64,000 bases of DNA from the NCBI RefSeq assembly GCF_000150275.1, contig NW_002060948.1, forward strand, positions 5,378,336-5,442,335, in the 5' to 3' direction. This stretch comes from Trichoplax adhaerens (lineage: Eukaryota > Animalia > Placozoa). Under the pieces are notes generated by a model that was not told the DNA's origin, did no database searches, and saw only the letters and a program-made list of their open reading frames with translations. A program made the position numbers and the translations under genes. Positions 23,538 to 37,999 of the stretch are shown here, piece by piece. Positions within the stretch are counted from its first letter, which is position 1. Each line of letters opens with the position of its first letter.

Positions 23538-25679
23538 TTTGACAAATAAGAAAAAGGATATCTATACTCGATCACCATGGACATTCTTGATAAAGTCAAA
23601 TCAAAGTATGCTTGTACTACAGTATACCCGTATGTTACGAGTCATGGACATCATCGATTTCAAAGAATCATCACCAAATTGTATTTTTTTGTATTATAAT
23701 TGTAATCTTGCATAGTAGGCGCCTTAATGTTACAATTATTATTAATAAACTGAATCGTTTTATGTTACATTCAATGATGATTGCAGACTGTCACTCAGAA
23801 GGAAATGATACCTGATTGTATCAATTTACTGCTTGACTATTTATTGTGGTTTCGATCGCTTGCGGCGTCGTAAATTATAGATTATTGAGCATAATACAAG
23901 TCTTATTTCAGTGGTATATCATGAAATTTCGGCAACTCCTGTTCGTGAATGACAGCTTTTAATTCACTACCGAGTATACGTATGTCACGTACGAGTATAT
24001 CATAAATTCTCGATTAACTAAGGTGTTCTGAATTATAGTTTGCTTGGTATGATATTCTGACTACTGTACGTATATGCATGTTTTCCAACTCGACAGTTAT
24101 CTTCAATATTGTAAACAATTATATTCATACATACACGAATGTCAACAAGAGTCAAATAGGCGTTCGCATATTAGTGTAAGTTACGCAAGAATAACTGCTT
24201 CATTGAGCAGCTCCAATTCTGTTAAGAACTTAAGTATGTGCATACGTAAGTGTATATTCAAACCTATCATTAATCCGATATGAAATCACCTATTAATCCG
24301 AAAACCCATTAAACTTATTGCTTACAACACACCAAGACTAAAAGGACTTGCAAAGCAAAAATTCAAAGCATCGATTGATCAATGATTAATATATACTTTT
24401 GTTGAAGTGAAGATTGAGGCAGGTAACTTGATACGGTGAATCACCGATTATCTCGTTCGCACTATTGAGTGCGATCTCACATTTAGTTACTAAAGTAAGA
24501 AATACGCAACAGCTGAGAAATAAAATTACAAACTTAATATCGCTAAAGTCAATATCCATGACTTAATATTTTCTTTACATTTGATCATCAGTTAGTTATT
24601 GTAATAAATACTACGTCAATAATATCATATAAAACATCCGTTTCAAGCCACTAGAATTCAAAATAAAAAATGTGTCAGCTAAGACACGTAAATCAGATAT
24701 CAGCTAATTTCAGACAAAGATCACACAGCAGCAACATTGAAAAAGACAATCAGCATTTATTTGAGTAATTTGTCGATAAGTCAACGAAAACAATTTTCGG
24801 TATCTGTTAAAATAATGTAGAAATTGTGCATCGAACATTCTCTCGAAGTTTCAACTGACGAATCATTAAATCTAGCATTCGTAATAGAACTTAATTATAT
24901 TTACTTAAGTCGTACTGATACAAAGTATAATTAAGTCATAAATATTTATCAAATGTTATTTAAATGGTATCTGTATAGTTTTTGTTATATCCAGAGTGAT
25001 AAAGATTTATGTTCTATAAAACGGTACTTTTATGAGATATACGAATCTATTAATTGCCCAACTAAATGTTAGTGCTATACTGTACTGTACTAGCGAACAA
25101 AATCTCTACCACCTGCATTTGATTAATTCCGACAGCTATAATCAGTATTTCTTCTACAAAGAAATCTGTAAATTACTAATCATTGAATCCATGCTTTTAA
25201 GCCCGAATTTATTCATTTCTACGGTACTGAGCCGGAATAGACATAAACGGCAAGTAAAATACAGTTAGTTAAAAATATCGTAAGCTAAATAGAAATTTTT
25301 AGAAACATTTCTAGTGTATGCCTGTGCTATACTCAGAAGACAACGAACTAAACACAGTTAACATCTTAGGCAACATTATTACTCCACAAATCAGTTACTG
25401 CGGAAAACATGAAAGCTATTTTTTTTTAATTTCCTATAATATAAGATTTCAAAGATTTCATTGCTGTTTATGCTTATGCATTTACTCCCGATCAATGTAT
25501 AATGATCACTGTCAATTTTAATAATTTACAGTACACAATTACTTGTACTATAACATGAATACATTTATGAACGATCCAAAGGAGCAATAACATAGCACAT
25601 ATCTTGGATATATTCTCGATGATTAAAATTTGAGACAAATTAATTATCAAAATTTATTCTGAGTTAATCAATTTATTAC

Positions 25680-28600
25680 TTAGTAGTCTTGAATATTCCT
25701 ACCAGATAGAGCAGTATTTTGACTAGGACCCCAATTGCTATTGGGTCCATTTGAATCTATGGAATCACCAAAAGCTGGAAAAGCTTGAGTGTCAGTAGTA
25801 CTTGGAGGTGATAATCCCTGTGAGTGATCCCAAGGTGCATTTCTAACAACATAGCCTCTACTTTTCGAATTTCTCCCTCGGCTCGACGATTGATGATCCT
25901 GGCGTTCTTCTCGTTTATACATATAATGACTTAAAAGTTCTTTTTCTTCGATCTTTTCCCGCTACATACGCCAAGAAAATATACAATAGCCAGCCATTAA
26001 AGGCAACAATTTCGTGGTATTTACCTATGCACAATAAATTTAATGAATACTTACTTCAGTTTCAATTAGCTTATCAAGGTCTTTCTTAGCACCCTCAATA
26101 TTTTCTGCTAATCCAGTTATTTCAACGTTGTTATTCTCTTGATCTTTGGAAAATTTAATGCTGACTTTGCGATCTTTGGTTATTTCGCGAATATCAGGAA
26201 GACGACTAATATTTCTTTGTATGCGGTATTCCATAGTGTATGATTCAACAATCTGATTTTCCTATATCGGAATAAAAAAGACCGTTAGCATAAGCTATTT
26301 AAAGAATTACTTAAAGAGCTCAAATGTGTTTTCTAACCAAATCTTGAACGATCTTTTCTATTTTAAGCTTGGCAGCATTAGCTTCATTTTCATAACCAGT
26401 AATGACGATTTTACGATCGTTGCTTTCTTTGTCTGAAGGAACTTTCACTTGAACATTATGATCAGCACGAATCTTGCTAATTGTCGAACCTTTCGGGCCA
26501 ATGATTTTGGAATGATGACAAGGATCAACTTCAACAACTATTTGGAAATTTCTCTTTTTCTATTACGATAATGCAACGGTTGTTACAACATTTCCAACTT
26601 ACAAATCATTCCAACAAATTATTACCTTATCCTCTTTTTCCTCTTCTAATTCTTTAATTCTATCCAGTATGGCTGATTTGGCTTTTTCAATTTGACTTGG
26701 GGTTCCAAAAATTTTGATACAATCACTATGTTGATCAGCAGGAGGTACTGAAATGTTAACGCTGTATTTTTCCATCATTGCACGAATATCTCGGCCTTTC
26801 ACTCCAATTAGAGAGCGATGATATTCGATGGAGACATTCATCTCTTCGCTTATAGGCACAAATGACTAATAATCATAAATACAATGAGCATATTAATTGT
26901 AAAGAATGACTACTTTCGACATAAAAAATAAAGTTTACATTAACAATACTGACTGTCACTTACCAAGATAGCTTCTTTAGCGCCTTCAACATTGGCGGGT
27001 AGTCCTGTAATTGTAATGATATCTGTCTTGATTGGATCATTATCATCGACTGCACCTCCATTAGGTAAATTTTTCTGACGATTAGCTGCACCTAATCGAA
27101 AGGTATAAATGCCAATGATTAAAAAATAGTATTCATCTATATGCATATTAGGATTCATGTTAATTACCTGATTTATTAGGAAACTTCACATCAACTTTAA
27201 AATCAGATACAACTTGCTGTATGTTACATCCTTTTACACCTAGTATGTTCTTATGATATTTCTGAGAAACCTGACAATCAATGGTAACCATAGAATCCTA
27301 ATATACAACATTTATGTTATATGAGACTTGATCCAAAAAATGAACAATCCTGATTAAGATCAACACTAACGATTTCATCCACAATTTCTAATAATTTCAC
27401 TTTGGCACTATCAACACAGCTACTTGATCCTTTAATAATGACTTTATCTGAGGCGTTATCTCTTGGTATAGAAATTATTACATTGCCATTTTCTTCCGAG
27501 ATTTCCCTTAAAATCTGATAAGCATAAAATGGAATTTAAATTCTTTCCCTTATATCATTGTTTAATTGTTCACGTACCTGTCTACCATTTGCGAGAAGGC
27601 GTTTATAATATTTTGGAGCAATTGATATTGTCTCTTCTTTAGTGTTTTCCTAAATAAAAATCCGTGAATAGTTCAATATTTACTACAACAGATGCTACAA
27701 TATTAAAAAGAATGTTAAAAACAGAAATTATATAATTGATAAGGTGGTACAGCAAATCATAAATTATACCAGCTCGCGTATCTGATCTTCTAATTCAGCT
27801 TTGGTTTTCTCAATGTTTTCTTTAGTACCTATAATGACGATAAGTTCTTTATCTTCATCCTTTTGCGTTGGAAATATAATTCGAGTAGAAGTATTCTGCT
27901 TTAACTATAAAAGAATTAGATCATTAAAAATTTACAATGAGTAAACTTTAGTAAATTAACATCAATTCATACTAAATTACCTTGTTAATCTTTCGGCCAC
28001 CAGCACCAATTAAAAATCTATGAAATTCTGGCTTGGCGCGAACTTCAGTAGTAAAACTATGCAATTCCTGGCGGGAAGTAAAATTTTACCATTAATGGAA
28101 GCCAATAGCAATATATCTAAGCTGCTATACAAGTATAATGGGATACCTGCTCGTTAGCAATCTCCAATAGCATTGCCTTAGCATTTTTGATATCGTCTTT
28201 GGGTCCTCTAATAACAATTTTATCGCTGGTTGTCTTACCATCAGGTATCTTGATAATAACCCCACCACAGTCATTACTAATAGAGCGAATTAATTTTCCT
28301 TTACTACCAATCAGTCTATTATGATATTTTTGTGGTATAGAGACAGTAATTTCTTCAACATTGGCCTGTAATATAATAAAACCATTCATATAGCAAAGGT
28401 ATATACTATACATATCGTAGCAATACAAGCATTTAAAGCAATTACAATTTTAATAAGTTAAGGTAAGTATAAAACACGTACGAGTTCCTTTTGAATAGCT
28501 AAGATCTTTTCCCTTGCCATTTTCACATCTTTCTGACGACCAGTTACCTTAATAATATCACTACCACTATTTTCATTTGGAATATCTATCCTTGTGTTTG

Positions 28601-31600
28601 TTTCCTCTCGGATCTAATCATCAAGGATTAGAAATCACAACAGCTTATAAATTACGATCAAGGATACAATAATAAGAATATATAACAGTATACCTTTCTA
28701 ATCGTGATTCCACCTTTCCCAATTATATTACGATGAAATTGCTTGAAAACACTGAACTCTTCTACGTGATTGCTTTCTATCAAGTTCGAATAAATTTTCT
28801 TCAATTTACTGCAAACCTTGTCTACATCATCCTTCGGACCACGTACTTGAACAACATCGCTATCGCTTTGTGGATCGGGAAAATTAATGCTAATCTCCGG
28901 ATATGCAGCGCTTATTTCTCGAATATTACTACCCTTTGATCCGATTATCCTTCTATGGAATTTCTGTTCGAAAACCAGGTCTTTAACCCTTTCATTTTCC
29001 TAAAGCATGAACCGTAAAATTTAGTTCAAGCTCAAGTGCAATCTATATCATTATTACTTCGTACCCATTTTTTAACAAGGCTAAGAATTTTTTCTTTAGC
29101 TAATTTAACACCATCAGAATCTCCTTCTATGGAAATAACTTCGCTACTTTCATCAGATGGGAAATAAATCATAGTACCAGTTTGATTTTTAATCGCATTT
29201 ACTACAAAGTAATTTAGAAAAGGAAGCAAAATTATATCAATTTCAATTATACCCATATAAGAATATTTATCAATAACAGTTAATAAAAAAATACATACTG
29301 TTAGCCTTATTTTTGCCGATAAGCTGCTTGTAAAATCGTCGGTTAATTTTGATTTCAATGTGATCCATTTTATCCACCTACAATACATTAATAATACATT
29401 AGATCATAAACAAAACTTATAAAATCTACAGTAACTAAGAAAATAAACTTATTAAGAGTAATGTTAGCGATTAATTGATAAGTCTTACCAAATTTTTCAT
29501 AAATTTTTGCAAGTTTTTCTTTACGACTTGAACTTCCTCTGGTTTACCTTCTAGAATAATTAGATCTCGATCTCTCTCAAATTCGACATGAAGCTATAAA
29601 ACAAGCAATTTTAATCACATTCATATAACGTTCAGATGAACTAATAATAAAGCAATTATCTTGAGCATATCTAATCTATACTTTACTTTGGACATGTCCT
29701 GCAATACTTTCGAGATATTTTCTCCTTTCTTTCCTATTAGATGCCTATGCAGCCAAACAGGAGCATCAACTTTTTCACTGATTGTACTATTTGCCTGAGG
29801 TTACAAAATAAGCGTTAAGTCATTTTTTAGTTTCAGCAATCAAGATTTGAAACAAGATAATATAATCACAGTATGAACTATTATTAAAGACCAGATACCT
29901 TTTCATAAACATGAGTTAAAGCATTGCCCAAGTGCTCTTGTTCACCTCGTAATGTTATTGTTTCCGAATTACTATCACTAGGAGGAACTTCAACTGAGAC
30001 ACCTAGATGTAATTAAAAGGTCCTTTTTTAAAGTAATTTTAGAGCATCTAAAGTCTCATCATCGCAGCAGAGAGCTTAACTAGAGTCGATATGCTTTCTT
30101 TACATATACAAACCATATAAGAGCATAGTAACTAATAAAATGAAATTACCAGTTAATTCTAAAATCTCTTGCAATCCTTGTCCACGGTGTCCGATAACGT
30201 ATTTATGCTGAGATTTCTTTACCTCAACCGATACCGTCTTACATTTTCGCCTCTGCCAATATCAAACAAAAAATTCGGTTAGAAACGCAAATCTACGGTA
30301 TATCTGTTTACCACATAAAACACGAGAACGTTATTAGCAATACCTTTTCGTTATAAATTGCACTTATTTCTTTTACAGCCTTCAATACTCCATCTTTCTC
30401 GCCAGACACGACAATCTCATCCTTTTCTACCGAAATAGGTGGTACATGAATACGAGCTCCAGTTTTTTCAGAGATTGTCTTAATTATAGAACCATTTGGG
30501 CCAGAAATAAATGGATGATAAATTTTCGAAATATTCAATCTTTCATGAGCTAGCTTTTCCTAATTTATATCCCAATGGTTGGCATAAATTTTGTTAAAAA
30601 TTTACTATTAATAGTTAAAAATACAAAAACTAAACAAAACATTAGAGCTATCCAGTTTAAAGTTGAATACAACGATTACTCTTATTTGCCAAAATAAAAT
30701 ATCCGACCTGCTGATCGACTAATACAAGAATTTGATGCCGCGCGTCATCTATCTTATCGCGTGATCCAGTAATACGGATATTGACAATCGGGCCTTCACC
30801 AATGACTTTTATTTTAGTGGAGGTAGTTAATTCTAATTGTTGTAAGGATTTACCACCTCTACCAAGAATAGCACCTAAATATTCCTTCTGTACTGGAAGT
30901 TCAATCGCACTCTATTTCGGAATGAAAGAAACGAAAAAAAATCATTGTAAGCTACCACATATTGCCCAATTTTACAACGATCATTTCCCTCCTATAGTAC
31001 TGTCTATTCCATTAAAATATCTATACCTTCAGGTTAAAATCATCTCATTGAATATATATCACAAATATACATTGTAAATGATGTCGATATGTATTTTTTA
31101 TATCGGTACTTTGCAATAATTTCATATCCATCGTCAATTATTATCATACCTGTTTTTGTAACCCGATCAAGATTAATCTTTTAGCTTTTGCTACGGCATC
31201 CTTTTTACCAGTTACCATTATGGTTAGCGTTTGATCTTTAGTTGAGCTTACTTCTATAGTAGTATTAGTTTTCTGCATAACCTCCTTGCAAACTTGAGCT
31301 TGTTGTTGTTCCGGTCCAAGCACTTGTTCACCATGTCGGCCAAATTTGCGTTCTTCCATTGGAACGTGAAACACCTATCCAACAATTGTCATAGCAAATT
31401 CAATCTCCAATATAGAACATCAAGAAAGTTGTAGTAGTCGATATCATCTATCTCAGTGTATAATACATTCGTATACGATGTATACTTGTGTCGCATACAG
31501 ATGTCATCGTTGTTTTACAGTAGCGTAAATCATAACATAGTTACGTAATTATTAAGTAATGAACAATTATAGCATATAATCTAATCGGCCGTTTAATACA

Positions 31601-32540
31601 AGCTAAAGGGCAATATTACATGAACACGTCATTTTATGTCATTGCTAATTATTTATCTTGCAAAGTAGAAATTTTAAATTCAAATGCCTTTTAAAATTGT
31701 ATATTATTCATTTATGTTTTAAATTAGGATAGATAGAAAATTGATTTCAACACATTCCATGACGTTTTACTAAAAGCATTAATACCATTCATGTCATCAT
31801 TAAATCATTGTTAGTGTTTCATTATTACGAACTATATTTATGGATACCGATGGAGCTTTCTTATTTATTCATTATTATCAATGAGTTATCATTTTAATCA
31901 CTTCCTAGTCAATTTATATGGAATAAGTCGTAGATAGGTATTATAAAGGCGAAATGAATTGTTCAATAACTATTTCCTAAGTATTGGTGGTTTATCGCAC
32001 AGTATGCGTTTTAATTTGTATGATACCGCTAGTTCTTAAACCGCTACATGCATACAGTAATTGTAACGTACATTTACTACGAAAAGCAACAAGACCGCCA
32101 TGTTTTATACAAATAATGTAATAATTTATGACTTGGATATCAGTAGTACCGTACCGTACAAATTCAACATGGATTTATAGAAAATACAGCTACGACATTT
32201 AAATATTGTATCAAACTATTTAATTCTATTTCATTTGAATGTCTGTCTTACATACATACAGAAAAGCATTCAATCACTAAGTAGAATGTAATAGATTCTC
32301 CCTGATTGTTACTGCATAAAAATCAAGCTGGCTAGAGATGAATAACTACGTTAGCCTTGAATCAATATCATTTTCTATTGTTACCTGTGTTATACTAGAT
32401 GAAGGAATGCTTGGCAAAGCTGACGGACCCCATTTCATGTTGGTTGTTGTTTCTTGCGGTCGTGAACTTGTAGGCAAAGGAGGAAAAGCCTGTGGGTAAT
32501 CTGGTTTCTGATCATCCACCACATCAGAAATTGTGTCCAT
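25680..32540 (-). CDS. HDLBP: Vigilin (multi-KH-domain RNA-binding protein), multi-exon
   Basis: N-terminus MDTISDVVDDQKPDYPQAFPPLP...ITQVFHVPMEERK. Many KH GxxG exons (YHPFISGPNG, YHNRLIGSKG, FHRFLIGAGG, YHRSLIGVKG, HHSKIIGPKG). C-terminus GYVVRNAPW...QAFPAFG; TAA at 25680-25682. Confidence 0.95.
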
Positions 32541-33899
32541 ACTTTCTATTTTTTGCCTATTTGTTACTTTCCTCGTTCCCAATGTAGTTACTAACTTGTA
32601 ATTTCTATATTTAAGAAATAGTACTGTCACATCAGTTTCAAGACGGCAGTTCCAATTGTTATATTTGTAATAATAAACAATGATTGAATGATTTAATCAG
32701 AGTGATTGGTACTCTTTGCACAAACTCTTTCAACGACCTCTAAATAAGGTTAGGCAATCGATATGATCCATGATAATATCATCACAATCAGTGGGTACGA
32801 CCAAGAAGCAACACATGCTACAGGCGCACGAAAAAGCATACTGTACAGTGTGATAATTCTAGAGGTAGCATGAATTAGCATAGGATTGTATTCATTTAAA
32901 TCGTACCAATCTGCTCTACTCGATGACTCGAACAGTAGGTTATACTGTACTGTATCTTTGTAAACATTTAAAGTTATCATGGTAATCGTACGTTCAATCA
33001 GCCTGTCGTGATAACTCTAAGGCAGGCTTTCCGCACCAACAATGTCATTGATATTAACATTATTATAAAAGTAATATATTCCATATCTTACTGTAAGTGA
33101 ACTAGCCGGTCATGATTAAATATTAATAGAGAAGATATAGAGATAGGTCCAAATTATAATTATCAAACGTATAGACAAAATAAGATTGTCAAAATTGATG
33201 CTGTCTTTTATTTCTGTCATTGTATGCCCGTATTGACTATCATCCGTGTCTGGAAAATACCTTGGGACATAATACACATCTCTCCATGGCGAGACGTGCC
33301 TCGCATAACAGAAGCCATTGAATGAAGATTAATTATTACGATTATCCACTATTTGTTGCGGCTACGCACGAGTACACTATCGTGATATATAAACAGAGTA
33401 GACAAATATCTCGTCTTTTGTGTACGCACCCATAAGCGTTGGTGAAAGACAACGACTACTGTATTGAAAGGTTGGCTAAAAACACTTGTACATCCGTATC
33501 GTTGTCAGTTCTATCCAAATGTCCATTTTATCATGACTTTCTACCTGTATTATTCAATTCATTGACTCTTGACTGTATCAACTGTAGTAATACTGTATTG
33601 TATACACAGCTTTTTACCGTATGTACATCAGGGAAGAAATGATGTAGGAAGATGATGTTGCAATGGGAAGCTGTGTGCGCCCGACAAATCGACGGGGCAC
33701 GTTGGTATGACTAGATAAAAACCTCTATCGAAAATGTTTTTCATCAATTGAACTACATCAGTACACTGATAGAGGAAACAAGCCACTTTTGATCAACAAC
33801 AGTGCATGTATGGATAAGAAATGAACATCTACCGTTGAATCTGCTATCCAGGATACCAGTTTAGCTGGAGTGGATGGATAATTTTTCTCTAGAAATTCC

Positions 33900-36520
33900 A
33901 ACCTCAACGACAACAGCACGTTGATCTTCAACAGTGAACAACTGTGCAGTCCTGTACTGTACCATGGCTGTACCCTACGCAGTATTTGAGTCCGGTCCTG
34001 GAAGGCTACAGTACATGACAGGACAGTACTGTACGGTGGGAGGTATCCGGTGACTTTTTCTCGCTGGCGTACAGTACACAACAGTGCAGTAGTGTACAGT
34101 ATGTGATGGATTGGATGAACTGTGCACACTGGAGAAATTTGTTCTTGAAAGAGACATTGTACTGTTTATTTACAGTACTGTACACTGTACACTGTACACT
34201 GTGTTGTGACCGTTTTCGGGAGTCTTCCTCAATCGCATGGCTGTAGTTCAAATCAGGTACACGTGTATAGTGTACACTAAGTAACGATAGCATTGATTGA
34301 GTAACTTCAGTCAGGCAGTATTGCACTTGCAAAATAAGTATTTTTCGCCAGCTTCCTCAGCTGCTTTTTTGCTTCCTACCAGACTCCAGCAGTGGATGAC
34401 AATGGATGGCTTGGTGGACCCTCCCTATTTTATGCCCATAAAATGTTCTTTTTTCAACTCAAAAGCAGTATACTGTACTGGACACATTACCTATGAATAC
34501 AGTAAGCTATGATCGCAGTTACTGTACTGAAGGTGAAATACTGTAGCCAGTTAGGACCCCCCAAAAATGATCAATACAACACACTACGGTTACACCTAGA
34601 CAGTGCTACTATACAGTATGTCGTCAGAGAAGACGAAGCTACGGAACTCATCCAGTAGTTAAAAGCTCGCTAGTAGCTACTGAGTCAATCAGTGATTTTC
34701 TGTCTAAAAGTCGACGAGTCACTAACGTCTTACTTTCTACTTTATACGATGTCAATGGACGACATGAATAATAAAATTTGTGAAAACATCAGCGATCATC
34801 TTCAATACTACACCACTGACTTTGTAGTCCAAGAGGTACTGTATGGGGAAGATAGTAAAACCATAGGAGTTGGCTGAAGCATATACTGTACAGTGTACTA
34901 GTGTGTCCATCTGTGCAATGTCAATGGAGATGTAAAATTGAAATATCAAATCAAAGCCTTTCAGCAGTAAACGATTTTCTACAAGTACGATAACTTCAAT
35001 AGTCACGCCCTGACATTATCGCATCAGAGAAAAGATACAGTATCGCAAGATTATTATTTTTATAACTGGACACTCAACCTTGATATACTGTACAGTACTG
35101 TAGTTAGACGATCTCAACCTTTCAACTTTTCCATTTTCAACGTGTATAGTAGAGTATATTGCAATCCATCTTCCCAGTGCAGTATCGTAGTAGGAATCGA
35201 AATTGATGTTCGCAATTTTACCCAATGCATTACTGCATACCCTGAAAATCCTACAACACTATTGCTTGTACGCGTATAGTACTAGTAAGCAGATAATATA
35301 TCCAACGAAATCATGTACAGTAATGGAAAAGGTAATTTTAAAAGGGACAACACTGCTGCAATACGTAATACACAAGGAAAATTATTATTTTAGTCAACCA
35401 GTGAAAATGAGTGGAGAGAAAAATATCCACTTCAATAGTGAACTGGGATCAACTTTTAAGTTGATTCGTCAACTGTATCCACCCCGCAATCTGAAATGTG
35501 GTTATGTTGCATTTGTGGGTGTTTGGCTCATTTCCTAGCCGGATCTAGGTTTGATGACTGCGTTTAAATGACTTCTTAGTCGTTACTACGAGGATGCCTT
35601 GCGTTACTGTACGTGTAAAGAGAAAGAGAGATACAGTATTGCACTGCATGGGCCATTTTTACCAGCATAACCATGATTTCAAGATTAACGATAGGATAGA
35701 TTCAAACTCTATTCAGCATAAATCAAAATTGTCGAATAAAAAGGACAAACACCTACCGATTATTGTAACGAACCGGACAGATTGACGAAAGATGATTTCA
35801 AATCCTGGCGTGGACTTGGAGTTTAGGCAGCTTTAAATCGTCACTCGCCTTGTGCGGTACTGGCAGACTTGGCCTGAGGTTGGGGATAGTTGTGCTGTAC
35901 AAGATCCGTTGAATACTACCAGACCAGGATGAAATCTTTGCCACGGATCTCCCACCTTCAACCCAACTACAGGACAGACAGACTACATGTTACAGTACAG
36001 TACAGTACAGTACCCTACAGTATGTACTGTACCGTACTCAGTGTACTGTACTGTACACTGTACAGTATAATCCAGTACTTTTTACAGTGTTGGACGTGCA
36101 GGATGTACTGTACAGTACAGTACTGTACTGTTCAGTACAGTATAATCCAGTACTTTTTACAGTGTTGGACGTGCAGGATGTACTGTACAGTACAGTACTG
36201 TACTGTACTGTACTGTATAATCCAGTACTTTTTACAGTGTTGGACGTGCAGTATGTACTGTAGTATACAGACACTCAGACAGTACCATGCCGTGCACATT
36301 GCCGCACAATAAAGTACTGTAGAGTGTACACTAGGGTGTCGATGAAAGGTCTTTCCTGTGCCGCTGATTGAAATTTAATTTCGGCTGATTTTAAAATCTT
36401 GTGGTCTCTCTAAAACAACTATAAAATAACAATTGATGCACTATTTTTACCCCAATCACACTGGATTGCAGCATTTTTTACAGTACAGTATTGACTACAG
36501 TACACTCTGTACAGTTTCGA
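33900..36520. repeat. Region strongly enriched in CAGTA/TACTG (TACAGTAC-type) short repeats
   Basis: Dozens of tactgtac/gtacagta words are dispersed through the region, densest at 33950-34210 and 35990-36330. Confidence 0.7.
36040..36265. repeat. 75-bp minisatellite, 3 copies, with palindromic (CAGTA)n(TACTG)n spacers
   Basis: TATAATCCAGTACTTTTTACAGTGTTGGACGTGCAG starts at 36066, 36141 and 36216. Confidence 0.95.
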
Positions 36521-37999
36521 CTAGATACACTTGCATATTCGTATAATATTGTATTGCCATAACTTGCCATGACGATAGGGTAATGGCAAGTTGGGAACTG
36601 CCATGTCATGAGATTGACCCAGACCAGATACCAAAAACCAAAATCTGACTTTTTTACTACTACGGGTGGTCCCTCTCTTCTTCTTTCCTGTACCCCCCTC
36701 ATGATATTACTACAGCCACTACCGTAATTACTTGTCCTACTCTATGGAAAAACGTAACTATCGACGTTATGTGGAAAATTGCAGCCATCCGGCGGCAACT
36801 GTTATGGCAAAATTGTAGCGTTCCCATTCAAATTTAAAGGCTGCTGGAGCTTGATACAATGGGCGTGGTACACAAGTCTCGACCTATCTTCCTACTTGAT
36901 CACAGGGCACGAGAGAGTCAAATCGACCTTCGACTGGACTTGAGTGGTCCGCGTGCATTTTGAGCCCCTCGCGTACTCTGTAGCCTCCGTAGCTAAATGC
37001 CTAATGCACTTTGGCTTAAAGTTCTTGCTTGCAGGAATGAATTAACAAAAATTGGTTGGACGCTATGGCGTATGAGGCAGATGTTGAGGTCGAATAATAA
37101 TAATTATTAGTATTACCCTTTTACAACATCCAACACCAACATTGGGTATCCCTCCCCCTATATAATCTAGCAAAAAACCAGGCGCTCTCGGCAGTTGCAC
37201 AAGGTCAATCAAACTTTATTTATTTTATTATTATCTTAAATAAAATAAAAATAAATAAATAACGGAAAGAGTTCAGATCTGTTTTCCTCAACGATAGTTA
37301 GTAATTTGATACAGTAAAATTGAGAATGGATTACTATTCAATATTTATAACTGTACAGTATATTACACCCCTGTCATGAAAAAAAGTGAATCAGCTAAAC
37401 GGACATCGGATTTCAAAATGTCCAATTTTGCTTTTCACCTATGTTAGTGTAGAAAAACACCTTGATGTCTTCGCAAAATGAAGTTCATCCTAATTCACTT
37501 CCTACTAGCCCGTTGGAAACTGCAGTAAGGCTAATTTTAGCTAAAGTACACGTAGGCTATCAGGTAGAACAGTGATCTTGGTTCGACTGCTTGCTAACGG
37601 GTCGGTGTGTCATATTCATGGGTATCAACCCTATCGGAATAATTCTACACGGTATCGATCTTCCGCTTTCAACTCACTTTTTATTCCTTCAATCAACTTT
37701 TACGCATCTTTTATCCTTTTAGACGCAGCGATATTACCTCCAATACGTACATTGACTGATAGCTTTTCAAATGTTGATCCAGTCCATCCATTGATTCAAA
37801 TTATACATTTGCAATAACAAAATGAGAAGTCATTATACAAGCAATTATAATAAACAAAATGTTCCAACTGGGAGACCGGCTTGACGTAGATGTTGAATAG
37901 GACATAAAATAAAGTGTCCAAACAGTATTACACGATCACACATGACGTGGATGATCCCAGAGAATAGCCATGACAGGTGGTACAGTAATCAAGTTATGC

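Noticed and set aside
28068-28147. Possible GT-AG U12 intron in vigilin (donor GTATCCCA)
   Set aside because: The donor departs from GTATCCTT at +7/+8 and there is no good TCCTTAAC near the acceptor; treated as U2-type.
33758-36312. ORFs rich in Y/C/T/V/S (e.g. 35890-36312, 36038-36274, 34006-34332)
   Set aside because: Translations of CAGTA/TACTG repeats, which are stop-poor; no domain recognised.
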